Assembly: GCA_963834385.1 (NCBI GenBank)
Contig: CAWIBO010000005.1
Coordinates: 384,001-448,000 of the forward strand
Direction: 5' to 3'
DNA length: 64,000 nt
Origin: an uncultured Verrucomicrobiae bacterium
GTDB lineage: Bacteria; Verrucomicrobiota; Verrucomicrobiia; Chthoniobacterales; UBA10450
Of the stretch, positions 19,162-31,382 are shown piece after piece. Position 1 is the first letter of the stretch; each line of letters begins with the position of its first letter. The position numbers and the translations under genes were made by a program. Below the pieces are notes generated by a model, which searched no databases, had not been told where the DNA came from, and saw only the letters and a list, made by a program, of their open reading frames with translations.

Positions 19162-21732
19162 ATGAAAACTCTTATCCCGTCTCTCTGCCTTGCCTGTGCC
19201 ATTTCGCTGCTTGGGCCGGTCATGCCGGTTCAGGCAGGCTGTGATGACACCTATCTCCCGGATTCTGACGGGGATGGCTATGGCGATTCAAACCAGCCGA
19301 CAAATTCGCAGGAGTGCACACCCCCGCCTGGATATGTCTACGAGTCCGAAGGCGGTGATTGTGACGATAGCAATCCCAACGTTCACCCTGGCGCGGCCGA
19401 GGTTTGCGACGGGCTGGACAACGACTGCAACAATCAGATTGACGATAATCCGACCGACGCGCCGACGTTTTATCCAGACGCGGATGGAGACGGCTACGGG
19501 GAACCGCACAATTCCAGGACGGACATGTGCGAGGGAAACAGCGACTACGTCCTGGATAACACGGATTGCAACGACAACGATTCCAGCATCAACCCGGGTG
19601 CTCAGGAGGTTTGCGACGGGGTGGACAACAACTGCAACGGTTTTATGCCCGGAACCACTCGGGTAGCCCCGGGCGGCGATGGCATCGATGAAGGGGTCAC
19701 GACGACCTACTACTACGACGGGGACGGGGATGGCTACGGGGACGAGAACAACACCATCGAGGATTGCTCGCCACCGCCTGGTTACGTCGAGGGAACCAGC
19801 GAATTTGATTGTAACGACGCTGACGCCAATGCCTTTCCGGGGAACTCTGAGATCTGCGACGGGGTGGATAATGACTGCAACGGGCAGATTGACGACAATC
19901 CGACCGACGCGCCGACGCTTTATTATGACGGGGACGGGGACGGTTACGGCGACCCGAATAATTCCCGAAACGATTCGTGCGCTTTGGGTAATGGCTATGG
20001 CTTCGACAACACTGATTGCGACGACAACGAAGCGACGACCAACCCAGGCGCGGAGGAGGTCTGTGACGGGGTGGATAACAACTGCAGCGGCGCCAACGGG
20101 AACGTGACGCGGATAGCGGTCAACGGCCATATCGATGAAGGCGTCAAGAACACCTATTATCGCGACGCGGACGGGGACGGTTTTGGAAACATGGGCGACA
20201 CCACGGAGGCGTGTTCGCCGCCGCCGGGTTATGTGGAGGATTCAACCGATTGCGATGATACCAACTCGGACGTGAATCCCGCGGCGCAGGAAACCTGCGA
20301 CGGGTTGGACAACGATTGCGACAATGAGGTCGATGAAGGGGTAAAATCCACCTTCTACCACGATGGCGACAGCGACGGCTACGGCGATCCGAACGATCCG
20401 CAGGAAGGGTGCAGTGAGACCGCGGGTTACGTGACCGACAGTTCGGATTGCGACGACAATGATCCCGCGATTAATCCCGCCGCCACGGAAACCTGCGACG
20501 GCGCCGATAACGACTGCAATACCGTCGTCGACGATGACTACTCGACTGACGCGCAAACGGGGTATCAAGACTCCGATGGCGATGGCTACGGAGATCCATC
20601 GGTCTCGTTCCACAGTTGCCAGGTGAACTGGCCTTCGGGTTATGTCCCGGATGGCACCGATTGCAATGACGCCGAGGCCGATGCCTACCCGGGGAACACC
20701 GAGGTCTGCGACGGGCTCGATAACGACTGCGACATGATGGTTGATGAGGGATTCCCAGACCTCGACAACGACACCATGGCAGATTGCGTCGACTCGGATG
20801 ACGACAACGACGGAGTCCCGGACACGGAGGACAACTGCCCGACGGTTTCCAACGCCGACCAGGCCGACAGCGACAACAACATGGTGGGCGATTTCTGCGA
20901 CGGGCAGAGGAACTTCGCCAACCTCTCCACCCGGGCCGAGGTCGGCACGGGTGAGGATGTCGAGATCGGCGGATTTATCACGCAGCCCGATGCGTTGCTC
21001 TTCCGGGCCAACCAGGCGCGGGCGCTGATCATCCCCGACAAGAAAATCCTGATTCGCGGAATTGGGCCTTCCATGGGAATGCCGGGCTACCTGGCCGATC
21101 CGTTCCTCGAGTTGTTCGACAGCAACGGGGTCTCGGTGGCCAGCAATGATAACTGGGGCGATTCGCCCGATGCCGCGGAGATCCAGGCCCTTGGCCTGGC
21201 GCCGGGCAATGCGAGCGAGTCGGCCATCCTGGCCACGGTGCCGGGAGACAGCAGCTACACCGCCGTCCTGAGCGGGGTTGCAGACGGCACCGGTCTGGGA
21301 CTGGTTGAGATTTATGATCTGAGCTTCAACAACGGCGCGCACCTGGCGAACATCTCCACCCGCGCTTTTGTCCAAACCAACGACGAGGTCCTGATCGGCG
21401 GTGTAATTGTGCGCGGCGCCGAAGGCGGACAGATGGTGGTGCGCGGGATCGGTCCCTCGCTGGACGCGCATGGCATCGCCAATCCGCTGGAGGACCCGGT
21501 GCTCGAGTTGCATGACGAGAACGGAAACCTGCTCGCGATGAACGACGACTGGGGTGATTCCCCGAATGCCCTGGCGATTGCCGCCATCGGGCTGGCGCCG
21601 ACGGATGAAAAAGAAGCGGCGCTCCTCTTCGAACCCGGGACGGCCAACTACACCGCCGTGCTGAAGGGAAAGAACGACGGGACCGGTGTCGCGGTGGTGG
21701 AAGCCTATTGGGTGAACCAGATCCTTGAATAA
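19162..21732 (+). CDS. Secreted acidic repeat protein: MopE-like metal-binding repeats + TSP3 repeats + tandem NxSTR domains
   Basis: Repeats YxDxDGDGYG..DCxD..PGAxExCDGxDNxC; DNCP; NLSTR and NISTR domains. Confidence 0.88.
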   Translation: MKTLIPSLCLACAISLLGPVMPVQAGCDDTYLPDSDGDGYGDSNQPTNSQECTPPPGYVYESEGGDCDDSNPNVHPGAAEVCDGLDNDCNNQIDDNPTDAPTFYPDADGDGYGEPHNSRTDMCEGNSDYVLDNTDCNDNDSSINPGAQEVCDGVDNNCNGFMPGTTRVAPGGDGIDEGVTTTYYYDGDGDGYGDENNTIEDCSPPPGYVEGTSEFDCNDADANAFPGNSEICDGVDNDCNGQIDDNPTDAPTLYYDGDGDGYGDPNNSRNDSCALGNGYGFDNTDCDDNEATTNPGAEEVCDGVDNNCSGANGNVTRIAVNGHIDEGVKNTYYRDADGDGFGNMGDTTEACSPPPGYVEDSTDCDDTNSDVNPAAQETCDGLDNDCDNEVDEGVKSTFYHDGDSDGYGDPNDPQEGCSETAGYVTDSSDCDDNDPAINPAATETCDGADNDCNTVVDDDYSTDAQTGYQDSDGDGYGDPSVSFHSCQVNWPSGYVPDGTDCNDAEADAYPGNTEVCDGLDNDCDMMVDEGFPDLDNDTMADCVDSDDDNDGVPDTEDNCPTVSNADQADSDNNMVGDFCDGQRNFANLSTRAEVGTGEDVEIGGFITQPDALLFRANQARALIIPDKKILIRGIGPSMGMPGYLADPFLELFDSNGVSVASNDNWGDSPDAAEIQALGLAPGNASESAILATVPGDSSYTAVLSGVADGTGLGLVEIYDLSFNNGAHLANISTRAFVQTNDEVLIGGVIVRGAEGGQMVVRGIGPSLDAHGIANPLEDPVLELHDENGNLLAMNDDWGDSPNALAIAAIGLAPTDEKEAALLFEPGTANYTAVLKGKNDGTGVAVVEAYWVNQILE

Positions 21733-21734
21733 GG

Positions 21735-22240
21735 TTTCACCGCAGAGGCGCTGAGGACGCGGAGGGGGCGGAATTTACCACAGAGGGCACGGAGGGCACA
21801 GGAGAGGCCGGTAGGGCGAGATTTCCAATGGAGGGACCTGCTTCCGCAGGTCCAAGGACGAGCGGAAGCTCGTCCCTCCGCCCGGGGAAGCGGCGCTTTG
21901 GGAAGACAGGATTAACCGGATGGACAGGATTTCGGAGACGGAAGGCACCGCGCGTGGGGTGTTCGCGGCGCATGCTCCCAGGCTCCGCGGAGCGTCGCCC
22001 CACCGGTGGGGCGAACGCACCATTCACGATTCACAACGCACCATTCACGCCCGTCGCTTCCCCCGGTAGGGCGAGACTCTGTCGAGCCTGAGAGCACGGG
22101 TTCCAATGGAGGGACCTGCTTCCGCAGGTCCAAGGACGAGCGGAAGCTCGTCCCTCCGCCTAGAGAATCGGCGCTTGGGGGGACAGGATTAACAGGATGA
22201 CACAGGATTTTGGAGAAGGAGAAACAGGGCGCGTGGGGTG
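21735..22240 (+). repeat. Composite intergenic repeat mosaic 1
   Basis: 9-mer CRCAGAG tracts, GTAG-REP, GGAG-REP doublet twice, ACAGGAT 9-mer tract twice, ATTCAC 7-mer tract. Confidence 0.9.
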
Positions 22241-22407
22241 CCTGGGAGTTTTCTGCTGAAAAGCCGAGAAGGTTCTTGCCCTCTCTTCCTTGCAAGCGCA
22301 CGATCGCCTCGTCGCATGGTGCGAGGAGCGCCCGGTCCGTTCGACACCAGAGAATAGTCAAGAGAGCAGTGGCCGGGGCAGGGGTGGTTGAAACCAAGGA
22401 TCACCCT

Positions 22408-25110
22408 ATGCAGAACACGCAATCTCCCACGACCACTCCGGCTCTTCGCCGGAAAACTGGGCCGGGTTCGGCCTTCGCTCTCTTTCTCGTTCTTCTCGCT
22501 GCCGGGAGCACGAATCTCCAGGCCAATGGATCCATTGACACCTGTGTCGATCCGCCGGCCGACATGGTGGCCTGGTGGCCGGGCGATGCAAACGCCGAGG
22601 ATCTCCAGGGCGATCACGATGGGGCCCTGGTCGGCGACGCCCATGCAAATGCCCCGGGAAAGGTCAGCAGCGCTTTCGAGTTCAACGGCATCAATGCCCG
22701 TGTTCACGTCAAGGATGCGGTGGCCCTGAACCCAACGCAGGAGATCACCGTGGATGCGTGGGTGCGGACGGCCAACGTCGCCGATTTTCAAGGCTTGATC
22801 AGCAAGTTTGATCATTCCAACGGCAGTTCGACCGACGATTCCTATCAGCTCTCAATCGAGACGGGCGGGACCGTGCGGTGGCAGATTGTGACGAGCGACA
22901 ACTCCTCGGGCTACATCGTGGATTCGCCCGGGCTGGTGGCGGACGGCACCTGGCATCACGTTGCCGGCACCTACGACGGCATGAAGGCCCGACTTTACGT
23001 CGACGGTGTTGAAGTCGCGATGGTCGACGCCACGGGCACGATCGTCGACAGTAGTACGCCGCTTTACCTGGGAGCCAGCCGCCAGAACAACGCGGACGCC
23101 GGTTTCCTGCTTGGTTCGCTGGACGAGGTGGAAATTTTTCAGCGCGCCCTGAGCGCCACGGAGATTCACACGTTGTTTGAGGCCGACAGCTTCGGCAAAT
23201 GCAAGTGCACCCCGCCGCCTCCGGACATGATCAGCTGGTGGCAGGGTGAAGGGAATGGGGACGATATCATCGGGCACAACACGGTCTCCGACCCGGGCAC
23301 GGGCTTTGGCTATGGCAGCGGCAAGGTGGGGCAGGCCTTTAGCTTTGATGGCATGCAGTATGCCACCGCCGGCACTCCGGCGAGCCTGGTCATCACCGGG
23401 AGTCAGGTCTCACTCGATGGCTGGATCAAGCCCACGCCGATGAATCCGACGGGTCTCTACATGGGAAGGAGTGTTTCGGGTGGAAACGATTACGCTATTC
23501 TTTACGTCAACGGCTGCTGCAGCGCGGTGGTCAAAACAACGGCAAACGGGGAAGTGTTTGTCCCCTCGATGTTCACTCCGCCGACGGATGAGTGGACTCA
23601 TGTGGCCATGACCTACGACGGCGACCAACATCCGTCTCTACGCCAACGGCCTGGAAGTGGGGTCGCCGCCCAGACGGGCACTATCTCCGATTCTGGTGCG
23701 CCCTTCAACATCGGCGGGCGCGGCGATGGGCTTGAGTTCACCGGGCTGATTGACGAGGTCGAGGTTTTCGCCCGCGCCCTCGCGGAATCTGAAATCGCGG
23801 CGATTTACCGGGCCGGGAGCGCAGGGAAATGTGTGCCGTGCGAGACCTATACCGGCGTCTTCGAACAAGGCCAGCTCGCCCCGGCGGCCGCTGCCCAGGG
23901 TTGGGTGGAATTTCGTAACTCTCTGCAGCCACTGAAATATGTCAGCGTCAACATCAGGGGAAGTTTCGAGCCGGTGGGCCGAACCCTGAATGACCCAGTC
24001 ATTGTTCCGCAGATCGCCGAGGCGCTCCGGGATGGATTTGCCGGCTCCTGGGATGCGGACGGTTTCACCTGGAATGTTGGAGTAAATTGCGGAGGCGATG
24101 AATACGCAAATAGCGTCGAGTTGAACTCCAACGTCCTGGATGATATTGGCACCTGCGCCTGCCCCCAAAGTCCGAGCTACATCGTCCGTCCGAACATCGG
24201 AAACTCCAACTGGGGCGGCGTCAATTCGACGACTTGCAGCGCGCCAAGCCAGACGATCACAGTCTCCTTCTGTGGTCCGCCGCCCGAGGTGCCGCGCCGT
24301 TTTGCCAATATCTCCGCGCGAGCGCAGGTGGGGACCGGTGAAGACGTCGCCATTGGAGGTGTCATTATCCGGCACGAGGATGGCACCGTCCGGACCAGTC
24401 CTGTTCCGGACAAGAAGCTGCTCATCCGCGGCCTCGGACCATCCACCGGCCTGGGCGGAGCATTGTCGGATCCTTACCTGATCCTCTTCGACAGCAACGG
24501 CATGGCGGTCGGATTTAACAACGACTGGGGGAATGCGGCCAACGCCAGCGAGATCAGCGCCACCGGACTGGCGCCGCTCGACCCGCAGGAAGCCGCCATC
24601 CTCATCGTCGCTCCGGGAGACATGTCCTACACCGCTATCCTGGGGGGCGTGGGCGACACCACCGGTCTGGGCTTGCTCGAGATCTACGATCTTGAGGTGG
24701 GTGCCAGTAGCTACCTGGCCAACATGTCCACCCGGGCCCGGGTCGGCACGGATGACGACGTTCTCATCGGCGGCTTTATCATGCGGGGCGATATCACCAG
24801 GGAGGTGGTCCTGCGGGCGATCGGACCCTCTCTTCCCGGCGTGGCTGATCCCCTGGAGGATCCGGTCCTCGAGTTGCACGACGCCAACGGTGCGCTGGTC
24901 GACATGAACGACGACTGGATCGACTCGCCCCAGGCCGCGCACATCACGGCTCACGGTCTGGCGCCGACAGATGATTTCGAATCGGCGATTGTTTTCACCC
25001 CGGCATCCGACAATTACACCGCGATCGTTCGGGGGAGGAATGGCGGGACCGGGGTGGCCCTGGTGGAAGCGTACCTGGTGGTGCCGCTGCCGAGTATTTG
25101 TCCGCCGTAG
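22408..25110 (+). CDS. Secreted protein with two LamG-like jelly-roll domains + tandem NxSTR domains
   Basis: WWPGD..GKV..AF.F, WHHVAGTYDG..LYVDG, LDEVEIFQRALS twice; compensating indels at about 23622-23665. Confidence 0.88.
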   Translation: MQNTQSPTTTPALRRKTGPGSAFALFLVLLAAGSTNLQANGSIDTCVDPPADMVAWWPGDANAEDLQGDHDGALVGDAHANAPGKVSSAFEFNGINARVHVKDAVALNPTQEITVDAWVRTANVADFQGLISKFDHSNGSSTDDSYQLSIETGGTVRWQIVTSDNSSGYIVDSPGLVADGTWHHVAGTYDGMKARLYVDGVEVAMVDATGTIVDSSTPLYLGASRQNNADAGFLLGSLDEVEIFQRALSATEIHTLFEADSFGKCKCTPPPPDMISWWQGEGNGDDIIGHNTVSDPGTGFGYGSGKVGQAFSFDGMQYATAGTPASLVITGSQVSLDGWIKPTPMNPTGLYMGRSVSGGNDYAILYVNGCCSAVVKTTANGEVFVPSMFTPPTDEWTHVAMTYDGDQHPSLRQRPGSGVAAQTGTISDSGAPFNIGGRGDGLEFTGLIDEVEVFARALAESEIAAIYRAGSAGKCVPCETYTGVFEQGQLAPAAAAQGWVEFRNSLQPLKYVSVNIRGSFEPVGRTLNDPVIVPQIAEALRDGFAGSWDADGFTWNVGVNCGGDEYANSVELNSNVLDDIGTCACPQSPSYIVRPNIGNSNWGGVNSTTCSAPSQTITVSFCGPPPEVPRRFANISARAQVGTGEDVAIGGVIIRHEDGTVRTSPVPDKKLLIRGLGPSTGLGGALSDPYLILFDSNGMAVGFNNDWGNAANASEISATGLAPLDPQEAAILIVAPGDMSYTAILGGVGDTTGLGLLEIYDLEVGASSYLANMSTRARVGTDDDVLIGGFIMRGDITREVVLRAIGPSLPGVADPLEDPVLELHDANGALVDMNDDWIDSPQAAHITAHGLAPTDDFESAIVFTPASDNYTAIVRGRNGGTGVALVEAYLVVPLPSICPP

Positions 25111-25112
25111 GG

Positions 25113-25366
25113 TTTCACCGCGGAGGCGCAGAGGACGCAGAGGGGGCGGAATTTACCACTGAGGGCACGGAGGGCACGGAGGGGAGGAGGGCGGCTGGGG
25201 GATGGCGTGGCCGGTGGGGAGAGGACAGGATTAACAGGATGGACAGGATTTCAGACGACAGGGAACGCGTGAGGTGTTAGCGGCGCGTGCTCCCAGGCTC
25301 GACGGAGTCTCGCCCTACCGGTGAAGCTTCACCCTATTCACGATTCACGACTCACCATTCACGCCC
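25113..25366 (+). repeat. Composite intergenic repeat mosaic 2
   Basis: Shares modules with mosaic 1. Confidence 0.9.
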
Positions 25367-25383
25367 ATCATCACTAACAGGTG

Positions 25384-25516
25384 ATTGCCTCCACGTGAGG
25401 CTTTGGAGGCAAGGGGATTGGCCCGCCCGGCCCATCCGAGGAAGGAGCCCTGGCCTCAGGGGCCTTCTTTCTTTTTGAAAATTGCCTCCACGTGAGGCTT
25501 TGGAGGCAAGGGGATT
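25384..25516. repeat. 36-bp direct repeat including the tRNA-Ala 3' end
   Basis: ATTGCCTCCACGTGAGGCTTTGGAGGCAAGGGGATT at 25384-25419 and 25481-25516. Confidence 0.92.
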
Positions 25517-25573
25517 CGAACCCCTGACATCCAGCTTGCAAAGCTGGCGCTCTACCAACTGAGCTATGCCCCC
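25501..25573 (-). tRNA. tRNA-Ala(TGC), CCA not encoded
   Basis: GGGGGCATAGCTCAGTTGGTAGAGCG CCAGC-TTTGCAA-GCTGG ATGTCAGGGGTTCGAATCCCCTTGCCTCCA; G3:U70 pair. Confidence 0.97.
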
Positions 25574-25856
25574 GATTGAGCCGGGAATGTCGGGCGGGCC
25601 GGGGTGAATTCAAGGAGGAACCACGGGGCCGCCGGATCGGTACACAAAAATGCCGAACCGCGATTTGAGGTCGCTGTTCGGCATCTTGTTCATGTCCAGC
25701 AAAGACTGAATTGTGCGTTACTCGTCTTGTTTTTCTTAGGCCTCCCGCTCTTTCGAGCGGGGAGGTCTTCACGGCATGTCATGGTTTCCGAAGAATCCAT
25801 GGGTTAGCCGTCGACCTATTCAAACCACCGGCGAGCAAGCTCGTGGTGATTGAATA

Positions 25857-27428
<1,572 letters not shown>

Positions 27429-27705
27429 AAACGGTGAGACCCTTGCGAGCCTCAAAGTTTGCGCCGGCGCTCTGCTACGAGCCCGGCTCTGACCATTCTA
27501 AATCTGCCTCCGCCTTCCCGTGGGAAGGGGAAACAGGTTCGTCCGATCAATGAATCTTTTCCCGGTGGTGAAACCGGTAAAGTTTTTGTTCAAAGAATAC
27601 TTAACGAATAACGCACAATTCAATTTTCGCTGACTTACACATTTCAAATCCTGTCATCCGCCACCTTCACAGGCGACGCGTCGTGTGCAGGACTCAAAAC
27701 CAGAC

Positions 27706-27717
27706 TTTCAAAGAGCA
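27706..27717 (-). promoter_or_regulatory. rrn leader boxA antitermination site
   Basis: TGCTCTTTGAAA in the 16S leader. Confidence 0.7.
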
Positions 27718-27834
27718 ACCGTTCCGCCTCGGTACAAAGCAAAAGCCGACCCTGCCAGTGACTGACAACATCGGCTCGACTTGAGCCAGGAAGAACATCC
27801 GGCTTCTACCGGACCCGCACGGTGCGGGACGAGC

Positions 27835-27884
27835 AAGATAGTGTGGTCGCCCGACCCCGCAAGCACAATTTTTCAGATTTTTTT
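27835..27884 (-). promoter_or_regulatory. rrn promoter with UP element
   Basis: A-rich AAAAAAATCTGAAAAATT, then TTGCGG-16 nt-TATCTT and a GC-rich discriminator. Confidence 0.65.
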
Positions 27885-27923
27885 CCGGGGAACGCCGGGC
27901 AGGTTTTCCCCGCTTTTCCGGCC

Positions 27924-28304
27924 TTATCGCCGGGCGTGCACCAGGACCACGATCCGTCCGTCGCCGTTCCGGGCCCGGCAATTCCGCTTCGCGGCCCGAC
28001 GGGCTGCATCCGCGGTCGTGGCCCAGGAGGATCCCCAGCCGCCCGGGTTCTCATCCGAAATCGCCAGGGCCAGCCAGGCGTTCCGGGCCCACTTGGTCAC
28101 GGCGTCGCGGCTGCCGCACTCGCGCCGGGCGCGGTAAAGCGCTTCTTCCACGCTGGTGTAGCCATTGGCATAGCCGTAACGCCCCGTGCGCGGTGAATAG
28201 GCAAAGGCCGCGTAGTAATTCTGGCCGGCCGCTTCCACCAGTCCACTGGTTCCAAGAAGGCAGGCGGCGATGGTCAGAAGAAACAGAAAACGGCGTTTTG
28301 TCAT
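27924..28304 (-). CDS. DUF4189-like secreted protein
   Basis: Signal peptide; AFAYS..G.YG, A...A...C twice. Confidence 0.75.
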   Translation of the reverse strand: MTKRRFLFLLTIAACLLGTSGLVEAAGQNYYAAFAYSPRTGRYGYANGYTSVEEALYRARRECGSRDAVTKWARNAWLALAISDENPGGWGSSWATTADAARRAAKRNCRARNGDGRIVVLVHARR

Positions 28305-28429
28305 AAGCGGCGGAGTCTGCCTTCTCCCTCTGGCAGGTCAAGAATCATCTCCCCTTCCTGCCCGAAAACCTTTTGCGCCGACGCCAGGATTGGTGAGAGT
28401 GCGCGCCGTTCCCTGCGCTTCCTCCCCCG

Positions 28430-31076
28430 ATGAAGTTTTCCTGTCCTCATTGCCACCGCCCCCTCGAGCTGGACGACGCCCGCGCAGGCAGCCGGATCGA
28501 TTGTCCGATGTGCCACGGCGCGCTCACCGTGCCGCAGTCGGCACCGCCCCCGGGACCGCGCGGCCCCGGCCGGGCCCCGCCGGTGCGCGCGCCGCTGCAG
28601 CCCGCGCGTCCGGTTGGGCCGCCGCGGAGGCGCCGTCGCAGCCTCGGCTGTGGCAACATGCTGCTTTTTCTGGTCGCGCTGGCCGTGGGCGGCTTTTTTT
28701 ATGCCATGTATCGATGGCAGGAAACGCCCGACCGAGACCTGGCATCGGCTGGTCGCGATGGCCCGGGCTTACCTCGCCCCGACACCGGCGCCGACACCAG
28801 TAGTCGAAACCACGCCGGTGCCGCATCCCATGGTCACGCCCGCTCCGGCGGCGGAAGCGACACCGGCACCCGATCCGCTGGCCTGGCTGGCGGAGCACCG
28901 CTCCGCCTGGCCCAGGGAGATTGTCCTGCAGGACGCCTTTGAGTTCCCGGCCGTTTCCCAGGGCCGGGTGGCCGGTTCGTTGATGGTCCCGGCGGGAACG
29001 AAGGTGGGGCTCATCGAATGGGAGCGGGACGAACTGCTCGTGGAACATCTCGGTGGGCGCCGCCGGGTGCCGCTGGCCAAGACGGATCTGCGCGCGCGGG
29101 CCGTCGCGGCCATGGCCGAGGCGGCACGTGACCGGGCCCGGCTGGCGGCGCTTCCCGCCGCCGCGCCCGAACTCTCTCCGGAAATGATCCGCGAAGCCTC
29201 GGAGGAGGAAATTCGACGCGGCCTGGGCGCTCATTACACCCGGGCGGCCACCAGTTTTCGTCTCTTTGCGCCGCGCGCGAAAGAGGTGAGCGTCGTCCTT
29301 TATGCGCAGGCGACGGGCGAGGAAGGCCGGACGGTGATTCCCCTGCGCCGGCAGGCAAACGATCTCTGGGAGGGGACGGTGAAAGGCGATCTCCAGGGGC
29401 GTTATTACAATTTCCTCCTCGAAGGGAACGCCGGGGATTCCACGCGGGAAGTGCTCGATCCTTATGCGGTCAGCACGGTGGCCGACAGTTCACGCGCGCG
29501 GATCACACCGTTGACCCGGCCGGTGCCGCGCGGTCCCCGCCTGGCTTCGCCCACGGACGCGGTGATTTACGAGATGCACGTGCGCGATTTCACGGTGGCG
29601 CCGAGTTCCGGGGTGGAACGCGCCGGCCTTTACCTGGGCTGGACCGAGGGCGGGACGCGTCTGCCCGGCGACGAAACGATCACGACCGCGCTCGATCACC
29701 TGGTCGAGCTGGGGGTGACCCATGTGCAGTTGATGCCGGTGCACGATTTCGAGAATGACGAGTCGGCCCGCGGCTACAACTGGGGCTACATCACGAGCGC
29801 GTTTTTTTCCCCGGAGGGAATGTTCGCGACCGACCCGGACAATGGCAGCCGGGTTCGGGAACTGAAGGCGCTGATCGCGGCGCTGCATGAGCGCGGGATC
29901 GGGGTGATCCTCGATGTGGTCTACAATCATACCTCCGGGCGGGCCTCGCTCCTGCAGATCGCGCCGGAGCACTATTACAGGCACTGGCCGGACGGATCGC
30001 TCGCCGACGGGGCGGCCTGCGGCAACGAAGTGCGGAGCGAGGCGCCCATGACCCGCCGGCTGATCCTCGATTCGCTCAAGTTCTGGGTGACCGAGTACGG
30101 GGTGGACGGGTTCCGTTTCGACCTGATGGCGTTGCTCGACCAGGAAACGATGAAACAGGCCGGCCGGGAACTGCGCGCCCTCAACCCCGACATCCTGCTT
30201 TACGGCGAACCGTGGCTGGCGAAGGAGACGCCGCTGCGCAGCCGGACGGACAAAGGCGCGCTGAAACAGGTGCCGGTGGGCGCCTTCAACGACGATTTTC
30301 GCAATGCTCTCAAGGGTTTGCCCGACGGCGGGGAACCGGGCTGGATCCAAAACGGGACGCGGGTCGAGGAACTAAAGAAGGCGATGCTGGTGAGCGACTG
30401 GTTCGCGTCCCCGGCGCAGTCGATCAATTACATGACGTGTCACGACAACCTTGTCCTGTGGGACAAGCTCGGGCAGTCGATGCCCGGGGCGGGCGAGGAT
30501 CTGAAGATCGCGACGATGAAGCTCGGTTATCTGGCCCTGTTCACTTCGCAGGGCGTTCCGTTTTTCCACGGCGGCGAAGAGTTCGCCCGCACCAAGGGCG
30601 GCCATCACAATTCCTACGAAGCGCCTGATAGCGTGAACCAGGTGGATTGGGAGCGGAAGCGCGAATACTCGGACCTGAACAAGTGGGTTCGCGACCTGAT
30701 CGCGCTGCGCAAGGCGCACCCGCTCTTCCGGCTGCAGACAACCGCGCAGGTGCGGTCGCGGGTGCAATTCCAGCGCGTCCCGGACGAGCGGGTGCTCATG
30801 TATGCCATCAACGGCTCCGGGCTCCCCGGTGAAGAATGGAAACGGGTTTGTGTGATCCTGAACAGCGCCAGCGACGAGGAGATTGAGGTCCGGTTGCCGG
30901 CCGGGGAATGGCGGGTGGCCCTCGAACCGACGACGCCGGCCGGGAGCGTTTTCGGGGAACCGGATGGCGCGGCGGCGAAAGCGGCAATCACATCGGAAAG
31001 TGGCGCAGCCTCGCGTCGGGTTTCAGGGAAGCTCCTGTTGCCGCGCAAATCGGGCATTGTTCTTTATCAGCGCTGA
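28430..31076 (+). CDS. pulA: Type I pullulanase (GH13) with N-terminal Zn-ribbon and TM anchor (indel near 28727)
   Basis: IYEMHVRDF, YNWGY, DVVYNH, GFRFDLM, YGEPW, CHDN; N-terminal CPHC..CPMC + hydrophobic helix in the preceding frame. Confidence 0.88.
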
Positions 31077-31370
31077 TTTTACCGCGGAGACGCAGAGGAC
31101 GCAGAGAGGCGGATTTGAGGACACCATTTACGATTCACGACTCACTATTCACGCCCATCGCTCCCCCGGTAGGGCGAGACTCTGTCGAGCCTGGGGGCAG
31201 GCGCGGCCCCGCTGAAGAGGACAGGATTAACAGGATGGACAGGATTTCAGGAGAAGGGGGCACATCGCGTGAGGTGTTAGCGACGCGTGCTCCCAGGCTC
31301 CGCGGAGCGTCGCCCTACCGAGAGGTCGCTCGCCTACCATTCACGATTCACGATTCACCATTCACGCCCC
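31077..31370 (+). repeat. Composite intergenic repeat mosaic 3
   Basis: 9-mer tract, 7-mer tract, inverted GTAG-REP pair enclosing an ACAGGAT tract, 7-mer tract. Confidence 0.9.
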
Positions 31371-31382
31371 TCGTGCCCGCCA

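Noticed and set aside
21735..22240. CRISPR or protein-coding reading of the intergenic mosaics
   Set aside because: No regular repeat-spacer period; ORFs over them are translations of repeats without protein-like motifs
16784..25383. Classical tRNA-integrated genomic island between tRNA-Ala and tRNA-Ile
   Set aside because: No integrase, and the duplicated tRNA-Ala end lies only 97 bp away rather than at the far boundary
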